This document shows, piece by piece, positions 52,335-61,691 of a DNA stretch of 64,000 nucleotides. A program made the position numbers and the translations under genes. The stretch's first letter is position 1. Each line of letters begins with the position of its first letter. This DNA is from Candidatus Cloacimonadales bacterium (GTDB lineage: Bacteria > Cloacimonadota > Cloacimonadia > Cloacimonadales > JAIOQZ01), in the NCBI GenBank assembly GCA_963665815.1, contig OY762463.1, positions 64,001-128,000 of the forward strand, read 5' to 3'. Under the pieces are notes generated by a model. It ran no database searches and was not told the DNA's origin. It saw only the letters and a list, made by a program, of their open reading frames with translations.

Positions 52335-52679
52335 AACTTAAAATCCACATCAAAATTATAAAACAAATGTAATCTATTTTTTACAATTACACAACTTCTA
52401 GGTATCATATTAATCTCCTCAAATCAAACAACCAAGGTTTCCAAAAAAGTAAAAAAAAGAGAGTGTACTTATCAACTAATGAAAGCAACTTTTCTATTTT
52501 TTTAACATCACTCAATAAGGTATCAAAGAACTGAAAATCATATTTTTTTAAATAACTTTTTCCATTTAAATTGTACTAAACAATATGCAACCTATAGAAG
52601 TCAAGGTTTTAAAATTCTTAGAGTTAGATTTATTTTAATGTGTTAAATGATTTGCTGCATAAATAGTGGGTGATTCTCC

Positions 52680-52886
52680 GGACAAACAAGTAAATCCAGA
52701 ACATATTCACATACGTTTCAGCATATCAATTCGCAAATAGAAGAGCGATTAGCATCAGTAGAAACTCAATTAACTATTGCAAATATCATTGATTCATTTG
52801 CTCAAGATACAGATGCATTACAAGCTCTTGCAAATGTTCTTCATTCATCAAATACACTTGCTCAGAAGGTTGTGGAGTTAAGTTAG
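52680..52886 (+). pseudogene. 3' remnant of a phage gene at the right cargo junction
   Basis: Open frame GQTSKSRT...AQKVVELS* with no start codon, followed directly by the next ATG. Confidence 0.5.
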
Positions 52887-53139
52887 ATGAAGACGATACG
52901 ACAGAATACTTTGTTTGATTTGGTTAATAAGAAAACCAAGCCAACTATCTCGACATATAAGGGATATTGCCTTTGTTAAATCAGTAATCCCAATAGTTGA
53001 TGAGAAAGAGGATTTAGGAATTTTTGATAATAATAAAATTCTGAATGAAGAAACATTTCTAATTCAACCAAATACAGGACAGATGTTTAGGAAAGACAAT
53101 AAATTATACGTTTTTAAGGAGAACAGCGATGACAGCTAA
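52887..53139 (+). pseudogene. Small phage gene, frameshifted at ~52961
   Basis: MKTIRQNT...STYK continues as DIAFVKS...KLYVFKE if one G is added. Confidence 0.5.
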
Positions 53140-53278
53140 AGAACTAATTAAAATAAGAAAACATGAACTACAACAGGATTATGATAAACTGAATAAAACT
53201 CTCAAAGAAACTGAAGAGCTGAAGCTCAAGACTGAAGGTGCTTTGTTAATATTAACCAAAATTGAAAAGGAGATATAA
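53129..53278 (+). CDS. Small coiled-coil phage protein (49 aa)
   Basis: RBS AGGAG; MTAKELIKIRK...IEKEI*. Confidence 0.5.
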   Translation: MTAKELIKIRKHELQQDYDKLNKTLKETEELKLKTEGALLILTKIEKEI

Positions 53279-53279
53279 G

Positions 53280-53852
53280 ATGGCAGGAAACTGGGTAGAA
53301 GTATTAGATTCATCAAAACTTGGACAAGCAAATGGAATAGCACAATTGGATGATAAACAAGAACTTGCATCTGCACAAATTCCAACATTACCAGTGAGCA
53401 AACTATCTGGAACACTAAGTGAATCTCAAATACCGAGTTTGCCAGCAACAAAGATTACTTCTGGAACATTTTCATCTTCTAGAATTCCATCGTTAGATGC
53501 TTCGAAAATAACAACCGGAGCTCTTGGAAGTGACAGGATTCCAACCTTATCTCAAAGCAAAATCTCAGGATTATCCACTGCTCTGGCTGGTAAAGTTTCA
53601 ACGTCTATCAAAGTCAATGGACATGCTTTGACAGGCAATGTTAGCGTTACCAAAACCGATATTGGTTTGTCAAATGTGGAAAACAAATCTTCAGCAACAA
53701 TAAGAAATGAGATCACAAAAGTTAATATTACAAATACAGGAGTCAATACATCAGATTTAATCAAAGGTGTTAGAGAATTGCCAACATCAGGAACAGATGG
53801 AGAAATGGTGAAGTTCAACGATGCCTTATATGTTTGGAAGGATTCTGTATAA
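53280..53852 (+). CDS. Tail fibre-like protein with IPSLxASKITSGT repeats
   Basis: About four 18-aa repeats; VNGHALTGNVSVTKTDIGLSNVEN motif typical of tail fibres. Confidence 0.75.
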   Translation: MAGNWVEVLDSSKLGQANGIAQLDDKQELASAQIPTLPVSKLSGTLSESQIPSLPATKITSGTFSSSRIPSLDASKITTGALGSDRIPTLSQSKISGLSTALAGKVSTSIKVNGHALTGNVSVTKTDIGLSNVENKSSATIRNEITKVNITNTGVNTSDLIKGVRELPTSGTDGEMVKFNDALYVWKDSV

Positions 53853-54517
53853 TGTGGCAGAAATTGGTTCAAAACAATGATATCAAGGACAACTTTTTAT
53901 TAGAATCGCAGATTTATGAATATACCCTTGGCGAGCCACTACCAGATAAACCTGACTATTCTTGTTCTGATGGTGGAATCCTTATCCGAGTACTTGTTCC
54001 TACCTTATTATATGAGTGGGAAACATCAATCAAAGAAATTGGAACACCGCTATTCCAAATTTTCAAATATGAAGCAAATTTTGATACAAGAGCCAGGCTA
54101 TATCATGAAGAATACATCAAGCATTTATCGGTTGGTAATAACAGAGTTCGAGCGAATATCTATCTTAGTCCCGGTAGATATTATCTGCGAGTATCGAAAG
54201 CTGATTTTACGATAAGCAGAACGCTATCATTTAATCCTGAAAACAAGTTCATTCAATTTAATGATTCTTGCCAGATTAAGAAGGACGAACCATATCCAAC
54301 TTGGAGAGATACTCCAACAACGGATGTATGGTTTTGTATTTTCTCTTTGAAATTTAAGATTAGAAAATCAGATTTGTATCTCGGATTTGAACACAGAATG
54401 TTTGATGACCGTCACTTGCTTTATGGAGCTTTTTATCATGCTCCTGACCCAGATGGAATTTTAAGAACATTTATCTTTGATGGCAGAGGACAAGTCGTTG
54501 AAGGAATGAAAATTTGA
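53852..54517 (+). CDS. Phage hypothetical protein
   Basis: Coupled ORF followed by a terminator. Confidence 0.55.
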   Translation: MWQKLVQNNDIKDNFLLESQIYEYTLGEPLPDKPDYSCSDGGILIRVLVPTLLYEWETSIKEIGTPLFQIFKYEANFDTRARLYHEEYIKHLSVGNNRVRANIYLSPGRYYLRVSKADFTISRTLSFNPENKFIQFNDSCQIKKDEPYPTWRDTPTTDVWFCIFSLKFKIRKSDLYLGFEHRMFDDRHLLYGAFYHAPDPDGILRTFIFDGRGQVVEGMKI

Positions 54518-54523
54518 GCAAAG

Positions 54524-54561
54524 AAATAGCCCATCTCGTTTTGAAATGGGCTTTATTTTTT
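54524..54561. terminator. Intrinsic terminator ending the late operon
   Basis: AGCCCAT...ATGGGCT stem followed by a T-tract. Confidence 0.65.
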
Positions 54562-54932
54562 TACCATTCTCGCCATTGAAATGTAATATCCTGATTGTTA
54601 TAACTACTCAAATCAATTTGAACAGCCTTTGCAATGCTGATAAAAAGTAAGCATAAATCGTCTCGTTCGCCTGTTTCAATTAAGGTTTCATCTATTTCAG
54701 CATTTAATATATTCAATTCTATTACAGCAGTCTTAAATTTTTCAACCATCTTATCTTCGTTAGCTTTGCTTCCCATTTCTATGAGTTCATCAATTAATTT
54801 AATAAATATAGCATCAACTTTCAGGAGATTCTTTTCTGTATATTGGTATAAACCAAGTGCAAAAAGATTACTCCATTTTTTTTTAAACAAACCTCTCTCT
54901 TTAATATTATTCAAAGTTCTAATATCAATCAT
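54561..54932 (-). CDS. Hypothetical protein (DUF4844-like)
   Basis: IETGERDDLC..F..IA motif; C-terminal WREW. Confidence 0.5.
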   Translation of the reverse strand: MIDIRTLNNIKERGLFKKKWSNLFALGLYQYTEKNLLKVDAIFIKLIDELIEMGSKANEDKMVEKFKTAVIELNILNAEIDETLIETGERDDLCLLFISIAKAVQIDLSSYNNQDITFQWREW

Positions 54933-55080
54933 TCTTAACTCCTTTTTATGTATCACTTTATGTCTCCAATATAGAGACTTACCATTATACAGTCAAGTAG
55001 ATAAGAATATGTTTGCGACAAAGTTTATTTATTGAATTGCAACGATTTAACTGTGGTATAAATCAATTTTTAAATACTTT

Positions 55081-55484
55081 GTGACGCAGGTTTTTCCTTA
55101 AGGAAAATACGGTGTCACTTTTTTTCGGGAAGGATTTTCTGTAATTGTATATAAAGCAATCAAATAACAAGTCGCAAAACTTGAATGGCAAAAGTGACGT
55201 CATAATTTCCTTACCGAGTGGTAAGGAAAAACCGGTGTCACAAATTTTTAGGACAGAAAAGAGGTAACTCTTTATTTTTCAACGTCTCGCCAAAAGTGAC
55301 TGCACTTTTTCCTTAATTTGGGCAAAAAATGAAGAATGGAAGAATTGCCGTCACTTGCAGTCTGATGGAATCAATAGAGTTATTTGTTTATTTTTAAATG
55401 AGTTATGAATTATGAAGAGATTTAAGATTGCAAAATTAAGGAAATTATGGTGTCACAAGTGGCAAAAACCGGTGTCACTTTATA
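55081..55484. repeat. Right end with eight copies of a 19-bp motif (consensus AAGGAAAAAnnGGTGTCAC)
   Basis: Copies at 55081(-), 55100(+), 55194(-), 55223(+), 55296(-), 55336(+), 55438(+), 55460(+); terminal repeat ends at 55484. Confidence 0.85.
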
Positions 55485-55571
55485 CTTTATATCTACATTA
55501 CATAAAAAAATCGGCTTCACACAAGCTTCGCCGAATCAGTCTTCCTTTTTCACTTCGTTCAAAACGAAGAC

Positions 55572-55920
55572 TGGTGGAGGTGGCGGGAATCGAACCCGCG
55601 TCCAAAGATATACCAGAAACTGAATCTACATGTTTAGGCATTCCAAATCTTATGCATGAACAGGAAATGCTCAAACTGAGTCATGCACCAGCCCCAAAAT
55701 CTTAGTTGCGTGCAAGAGGCAGGACACGCAAAGCAGCTCTGGAAACATCGCTCGTTGTAAAACCCAAAGCAAATTTTACAGGAGCGTAGCTACGTTATTA
55801 TGCAGCTAAAGCGTAATTTTCGTTTGCATTTAATTTAAGTATCACCGTGATTAACGGGTAGGTAATCTCCCCGACATGCATCAGCAACCAATTCTATCCC
55901 TGTCGAAACCAGTCACCCCC
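55572..55920 (-). ncRNA. ssrA: tmRNA, tag peptide ANENYALAA**
   Basis: 5' GGGGGTGACTGGTTTCGAC; 3' GGTTCGATTCCCGCCACCTCCACCA with G3-U wobble in the acceptor stem; tag ORF 55827-55795. Confidence 0.96.
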
Positions 55921-56089
55921 ATATAACATGTTATAATGCGGTTGGTACGAAGAATTCATGCCTTAAAGTCAAATTACTGACCTTTGTATTTCGCGCAACT
56001 TATTTTTACAGCAATTTCTGCTCATGCCCTTATTATAACATAATTGATTTACAAAATAAGACATTTTTCTAAAAAAGATCTGAGGAAAA

Positions 56090-56755
56090 ATGGAAAATAT
56101 TAAGTTTAAACTTGATGAAGAAACGATCGAAATCGTACTTGAAAAGAAAAAGATAAAACGCCTTTATCTCAAGGTTAAGAAAGACGGTACAATCCTGATC
56201 AGTGCTCCCGTAAATGCGAGTATGGACTATATTATGGATTTTCTGGACTCCAGGAAAAAATGGCTGAAAGACAAGCTCCAGCATGTGTCCGGTATCAGAG
56301 ATAAAAACAGAAAGGTTTACTTTCTGGGGGAAGAGATCGATCATACCTATACATATTCTGTAGAGTATAGTATATTGTTTCGGGATAAGATTCTGATGCT
56401 TACTGGTCCGCAGTGGAACGACGAGATATTCGAACACATGAAAACTGCATGGTATAAACAGCAGGCAAGAAGGATACTCCCTGAAATAGCGAGAGAAGTA
56501 GTGATGAAATACAACTTTCCGCAAGATGTTGTGTTTAATGTCCGAAAAATGAAATCACGTCTCGGAACATGCTATTCAAACAGAAGGATGATCAATCTTA
56601 ACTCGGAGCTGATAAAGATGGAAATTCCTGTCATAGAATTTATTATCTTACATGAGCTGTGCCACCTTAAGCAACCTAACCATGGAAAGAGATTCTATAA
56701 TCTACTGACAATGTTAATGCCTGATTGGAAGAAACGTAAGAAAAGAATCTTCTGA
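56090..56755 (+). CDS. YgjP/DUF45 (M48-like) metallopeptidase-family protein
   Basis: MKSRLGTC, HELCHL..NH..RFY, PDWK. Confidence 0.85.
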   Translation: MENIKFKLDEETIEIVLEKKKIKRLYLKVKKDGTILISAPVNASMDYIMDFLDSRKKWLKDKLQHVSGIRDKNRKVYFLGEEIDHTYTYSVEYSILFRDKILMLTGPQWNDEIFEHMKTAWYKQQARRILPEIAREVVMKYNFPQDVVFNVRKMKSRLGTCYSNRRMINLNSELIKMEIPVIEFIILHELCHLKQPNHGKRFYNLLTMLMPDWKKRKKRIF

Positions 56756-56756
56756 A

Positions 56757-57122
56757 TCAGTTTGTCAGTTCCTGAGCAATTATAAGTGAGTTGCCGTCCG
56801 GATCTCTCAATGAACATGATTTGATATTACCGGCAGTATTAATCTCCTCAATCACTGTTCCACCTGAAATTACAGCAGCCTGATAAGATTTTATAATGTT
56901 TTCTACGAAGAAACTGAGCTGAATATTATTTTCGTCAGCGGATATACCTGCAACATCCTTCGGGCATAATATTATGTTAATATCACCAATTGCCGAGCCA
57001 TAAATAAAGTCGTTGCCCAGATTATACTCTTCAAATTCTATTCCGAAAACTTTACTGTAAAAATCTATGCATTCCTCAACATTATCAATAGCTATGGTTA
57101 TTTGAAAGATTGAATTGCTCAT
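56757..57122 (-). CDS. VOC/glyoxalase family protein
   Basis: FYSKVFG, RDPDGN. Confidence 0.85.
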   Translation of the reverse strand: MSNSIFQITIAIDNVEECIDFYSKVFGIEFEEYNLGNDFIYGSAIGDINIILCPKDVAGISADENNIQLSFFVENIIKSYQAAVISGGTVIEEINTAGNIKSCSLRDPDGNSLIIAQELTN

Positions 57123-57235
57123 ATCGACTCCTGATGTTTTATTGTAAGATTTACAATGAGTTTGTTTTTGTCAAAATATTTCTAACTTGACACAATAACT
57201 ACATACTTCTATGTAAAGACAAGATCGGAGGAAAT

Positions 57236-57646
57236 ATGAAAAGAAAAGTGCTTCTAATTTTGTTTATTGCAGCAGTACTCACTCTTACTGCTATTCCCAA
57301 GAAAGTGCTATACAACAGAATATTGAAAGAGAGAGAGCTTCAGGTTGAAGTGTTAAGAACTTCCTGCAACGAACAGAAAGTTGTTTCACTGCATAGAACT
57401 ACTGCAGATTCACTGTACAGACAAGTAAAAGTTCTCAAAGAGAAGAAAAAGGATGATGACCTCAGAAAACTTCTCGAAAAGCTTTTCATTCTTTATCGTG
57501 TAGCTCTTGCTAAACATGATTTCGAGAATAGTGAGCAGCGAATAGTCAATCAGACACAGTCACTATCAATCGCAAAGGAACAGCTTCAGTATGCTATGCA
57601 GCGTCTGCAATACCTCAGAAAGGAGATTGCAAATGAAAAGAAATAA
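57236..57646 (+). CDS. Secreted helical hypothetical protein
   Basis: Signal peptide; RBS GGAGG; coupled to the OmpA gene. Confidence 0.6.
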   Translation: MKRKVLLILFIAAVLTLTAIPKKVLYNRILKERELQVEVLRTSCNEQKVVSLHRTTADSLYRQVKVLKEKKKDDDLRKLLEKLFILYRVALAKHDFENSEQRIVNQTQSLSIAKEQLQYAMQRLQYLRKEIANEKK

Positions 57647-58478
57647 ACTGATACTGTTACTCTTATTGATTCCTGTTCTTGTAATGGCAACCAGTTATGA
57701 AGATGAAATGCTGTCTCTTAAAACAGGTAAAGAAAGGCTGGAAAAATCTTACGAAGCCTATTTAAAATCAGGTGTAACTCGTGAGGTTGACTTATATCCT
57801 CTCGCACTTGCCAGGATTGAAACTGTAATGAGCCTGCCGCAGAGAGACTTCGGAACAATAGAGTTTCAGGACGAAATAGATGTTACATTGTATCTTATAG
57901 AAGCAGCAAATCTGCAGATGACTTCTGCCAAAAACTATAGTCTGATCATGGATTTACGTATAGAAAGTGAAGATACATATCGCCGTATAAGTAAGATCCA
58001 GAAAGAGATTAATGAACTTGAAAAAAATGTTGCCCAATTACGTGAAGAAAGACTGATGCGGGAGATGGAAGCACGTCTAAGTAAGCTCCAGAGTGAACTT
58101 ATCAGTGTTCGTTCCACTGCAAAAGGTACAATCATTTCCATGTCCGATATCCTGTTCAGCACCGGCAAGTCAGATCTGACAACTGACCTGAAAATCAGTC
58201 TGGCACGAATATCCGGTATATTGTCATTCTATTCTGACTTCAATATCATTGTGGAAGGTCACACCGACAATCACGGAAGCAAAAAACTCAACGACAAGCT
58301 CTCACTTGACAGAGCTAAAAGCGTAAAATCATTCCTTATTGATATGGGGGTCGAGAAAACTCGTCTAACAGCAAAAGGACTCGGCTTCAGTGCTCCTGTA
58401 GCATCCAATGATACGAAAGCCGGCAGAGCAAAAAACAGACGTGTTGACCTGATTATTGTAGATAAACATAACAAATAG
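57633..58478 (+). CDS. OmpA-family peptidoglycan-binding protein
   Basis: LF.TGKS, EGHTDN, LSLDRAKSV, NRRVD. Confidence 0.9.
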   Translation: MKRNKLILLLLLIPVLVMATSYEDEMLSLKTGKERLEKSYEAYLKSGVTREVDLYPLALARIETVMSLPQRDFGTIEFQDEIDVTLYLIEAANLQMTSAKNYSLIMDLRIESEDTYRRISKIQKEINELEKNVAQLREERLMREMEARLSKLQSELISVRSTAKGTIISMSDILFSTGKSDLTTDLKISLARISGILSFYSDFNIIVEGHTDNHGSKKLNDKLSLDRAKSVKSFLIDMGVEKTRLTAKGLGFSAPVASNDTKAGRAKNRRVDLIIVDKHNK

Positions 58479-58581
58479 TATTTTCATTACTTATATAATA
58501 TACGAAAGGCTGCAGTGTAATACTGTGGTCTTTTTTTGTTTCACAGGGAGAGGAAAAGAAGCAGTTGCCAGGATAGTAGGA

Positions 58582-59925
58582 TTATTCCCTTATTCTCTTA
58601 TCCTTTGTGTCAAAGAAAATTGGTACATCAGCAGTATATATTTTGACATATCCTTTTCTGGACTTTTTTCTGAATATATTGAATTTATTGTATTTCTTGA
58701 AAATGTTGAATACTTTGGTGCCCCTATACTTTGTTGGCAATGGCAAGTAATAGTGGAGTCTCAAAAACTTCTGTCTGGATTCAATGAACTCAAAATTTTC
58801 CGAATAACAAGCTTCCCAATATTCCTCATCTTCTGATGTAAAATTTTTATCTCCAATCGAACCATACATAAATCCGGAGTGGAAGGAAAGATACATTTTG
58901 CCATAAATATCAATATCAACTAAAGACAGATTTGTTATTCTTTCGGTAATTATTTTTCGCTCAAATATTTTATTGCCTTCTAAATCAATTTTAGCTAAAT
59001 GTAAATTACCAGTATATGAGCTTTCATGAGCTGAAAACACATACAAAAGACTGTCAGGTCCCATAATGAACTGTGAATTAATATTACTTACTACAGGATA
59101 AGATTTTTCCCATTCTAGATTTCCATCTTGGTCAAATCTGCTAATTTTCTTAGTTTTACTCGTTTCCCTTCCATAAAGATATTCCTTGGAAGATTCTCTG
59201 TAAACAGTATATGAAGTATATATATTCCCATTATTATCAATTAGACATGTAAGGTTTATATCATTAGTATTTGAATCAAACTTTTGTTCCCATATCTGTT
59301 GAAAATCCGAAGTCATCTTCAATAATATTATTTCTGAATCTTCAAATGCTTTTACATAATAGTCACCTAAGAAATCATAATTGTAACCTAAAAAAACATA
59401 ATTACCATCATGATCAATTTTCATGTCGCGTATTTCTAAAATATTATCAGTCAAGTTCTTAACTAATTGGATATTAAGTTTATCATCCGTCTTCAGCAAA
59501 AGGCAATTTCCTGATACTTTATTGTTATGCATTTTTACTGTAAGTGTATCATTTAGTATGAGATCACGGGAATATTGTATACTAAAGTAATAACTATCCG
59601 GATCGGACTCATCCCTGAAACAGTTTATATCAGCAGGATAGCTTGAATGAATTGACATTTTCCTGTGCTTCCAACCTTTATCAAGACTGATCGTATACTT
59701 AAAATGAGGATCATTAGTTTGCTTCTTATCATAAAGCCTATCAATTTTACTGCATATTATTCCACTATCATCTGTAAGTAGTACATTAAATCCGTAGTTT
59801 GAGTTAACATTATGTATTTTCTTTTCCAAATCAGTATAGCGCCAGGAAAATAATAGTGATATGATTGAAACTGAGACGTAAATGAAATTCATTAATTCAA
59901 CTCCCTTTTCTAAAGTTTGAGACAT
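58582..59925 (-). CDS. Hypothetical protein with beta-propeller-like repeats
   Basis: Repeated D..GN..W motifs; start may be 59892. Confidence 0.55.
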   Translation of the reverse strand: MSQTLEKGVELMNFIYVSVSIISLLFSWRYTDLEKKIHNVNSNYGFNVLLTDDSGIICSKIDRLYDKKQTNDPHFKYTISLDKGWKHRKMSIHSSYPADINCFRDESDPDSYYFSIQYSRDLILNDTLTVKMHNNKVSGNCLLLKTDDKLNIQLVKNLTDNILEIRDMKIDHDGNYVFLGYNYDFLGDYYVKAFEDSEIILLKMTSDFQQIWEQKFDSNTNDINLTCLIDNNGNIYTSYTVYRESSKEYLYGRETSKTKKISRFDQDGNLEWEKSYPVVSNINSQFIMGPDSLLYVFSAHESSYTGNLHLAKIDLEGNKIFERKIITERITNLSLVDIDIYGKMYLSFHSGFMYGSIGDKNFTSEDEEYWEACYSENFEFIESRQKFLRLHYYLPLPTKYRGTKVFNIFKKYNKFNIFRKKSRKGYVKIYTADVPIFFDTKDKRIRE

Positions 59926-60017
59926 ACTTCTTTAAACTAATTTGAACTATATTCGTCAATATTTCTGTGTTATTTCTTGAGAGCAAAGAAAAGCCTGCAT
60001 GTGGCAGGCTGAAAAAT

Positions 60018-61463
60018 CTATTTTTTCGTTATTTTGAACTTTTCCAAATCTTCCTCGTAAAGGATATAGTCTGTCCCTTCTTTAATGCAATACAAAACAC
60101 AGTTGTTAGTAAAATCAAGCTTTAGATAGTCTATATTATCGTCTGTAACCTCAAAAGGAACCTCGTATATCTCCTGTAAAACTCCCAGTGTATCTAATAC
60201 TGCTCCATATCGATAACCTTTTTTAAGTTTATATCCTTTATAAAAAATATTCTCTCGAATAAACAGATTTATACAGAGTTTATCTTTTTCATTTTCATCA
60301 AAAAAAGAATATTGAACATCTGGCAATTCTTTTTCCCATTTTATATCACCGGTATGACTATCAAGGCAAATGATTCTACTTTCAAAAAAATTTGATGGTA
60401 ATCTTTTCAGATCATCCTTATCCAAAACACCTTGATAATGAGTAGAATCAGCTTTGTATAAAACGATTACATCACCCGAATTGAGTAGATTTATACTAAA
60501 AATTCTTTCAGGAAATGCATCCTGTACTTTCTTCATCCAAGCTATATTCCCTAAATTATCATATTTTGCAACAAAATCACAACCCTTCATAGGATAAATT
60601 TCCCTTCCTTTGTCAACATTGAGATATTCTTTCTCATAGATTATTGAGCTATTTGAAGTACCGCCCACGGATATTTCCCCACTGTCATTGAGTACTGATC
60701 TTCTTATGATAATTCCCTTTACTCCAGCATATGTCTTTTTGATTATAGACTCACCTTTTTCATTAAATTTCTCAAATGCTATTTGTTTATTTTCGTTAAT
60801 ATTCAACTTATTCTTTATATTCATATCATTTTTACAAATGATTGATAACCAGTCTTTTTTCTCAACAGTAGTCAAATAAATCTCATTTCCAGTTAAGAAA
60901 TTAATATCTACTAAGCTTCCTTCATTTTCAAGTTTTCTTACCCACTTTAACTCACACTTATTATTAATCAACATTATGCCAGGAAGATAATTAACTAATG
61001 TATTGGGTTCTGGTATAATGTTCCGAAATTGTATACTTTTTACATCACCAGCCCAAATAGCTGTATTTCCATTCTTATCATCAATAAACACATAGGGATA
61101 ATAATCATCTGAATCAATTTGAAAATTCCATTTAATTCTACTTTTTGAGTCAATGCAAAGTCCAAGTAAGCCATATTTTGTATGAAACTCAAAATCCTGT
61201 TTATTTATCATTAGATTAATTTCTTCTTTCTCAAGTTTTGTCCCTCCTTGATTTTCTGATAAATCAATAGTCATATCTCTCTTTGTAATACTCTCATTGG
61301 TAATTACGGCAGATATCTGATAATCTCCAGTATCTGTCTTTGAGATATTGTTCAAGAATTGTTCATAAATCATCTCGTCAATTTCTATTTTAAGGATTTC
61401 ACTTTTTGAATATAGGAAACTGAAAATGGATATCATTGCAATAGTAGCTATATAAATTTTCAT
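60018..61463 (-). CDS. Secreted hypothetical protein with beta-propeller-like repeats
   Basis: Signal peptide; FVAKYDNLGNIAW, LDSHTGDIKW. Confidence 0.6.
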   Translation of the reverse strand: MKIYIATIAMISIFSFLYSKSEILKIEIDEMIYEQFLNNISKTDTGDYQISAVITNESITKRDMTIDLSENQGGTKLEKEEINLMINKQDFEFHTKYGLLGLCIDSKSRIKWNFQIDSDDYYPYVFIDDKNGNTAIWAGDVKSIQFRNIIPEPNTLVNYLPGIMLINNKCELKWVRKLENEGSLVDINFLTGNEIYLTTVEKKDWLSIICKNDMNIKNKLNINENKQIAFEKFNEKGESIIKKTYAGVKGIIIRRSVLNDSGEISVGGTSNSSIIYEKEYLNVDKGREIYPMKGCDFVAKYDNLGNIAWMKKVQDAFPERIFSINLLNSGDVIVLYKADSTHYQGVLDKDDLKRLPSNFFESRIICLDSHTGDIKWEKELPDVQYSFFDENEKDKLCINLFIRENIFYKGYKLKKGYRYGAVLDTLGVLQEIYEVPFEVTDDNIDYLKLDFTNNCVLYCIKEGTDYILYEEDLEKFKITKK

Positions 61464-61691
61464 TATTTCTCCTTAATTATTGTATTCTATATCATAACAG
61501 TCAGGTGTATTTGGGATATATCTAATTTTGTAGGTCTCAGGATTTCTATATGGTCGTATTAATTCATAAAGTCCATTAAAAAATAATTCCCCTCTCTGCA
61601 CAATAATCAGTCAAGGAAAATATCCGAGGGGTTCAGCAAGTAAAAAAGGCTGCAGTGTACACTACAGCCTGTATATAAAATTATTTTTTGT

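Larger units (their letters stand above)
20875..55484. mobile_element. Mu-like transposable prophage, probably defective. Intact-looking unit 22889-55484 plus the left-end remnant of an earlier related copy (20875-22888)
   Basis: Terminal inverted repeat TATAAAGTGACACC at 20875 and 22889, and GGTGTCACTTTATA at 55471-55484; contains repressor, DDE transposase, AAA transposition protein, DUF3164, GemA-like, terminase, portal and capsid genes. Confidence 0.85.

Noticed and set aside
55484-55600. Integrase-type island integrated into ssrA
   Set aside because: No tyrosine or serine recombinase, and no duplicated ssrA 3' end was found at the left boundary; the ends are transposon-like inverted repeats.
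55412-55705. 97-aa ORF containing VEVAGIEPAS
   Set aside because: Antisense translation of the tmRNA 3' end and the right-end repeats.
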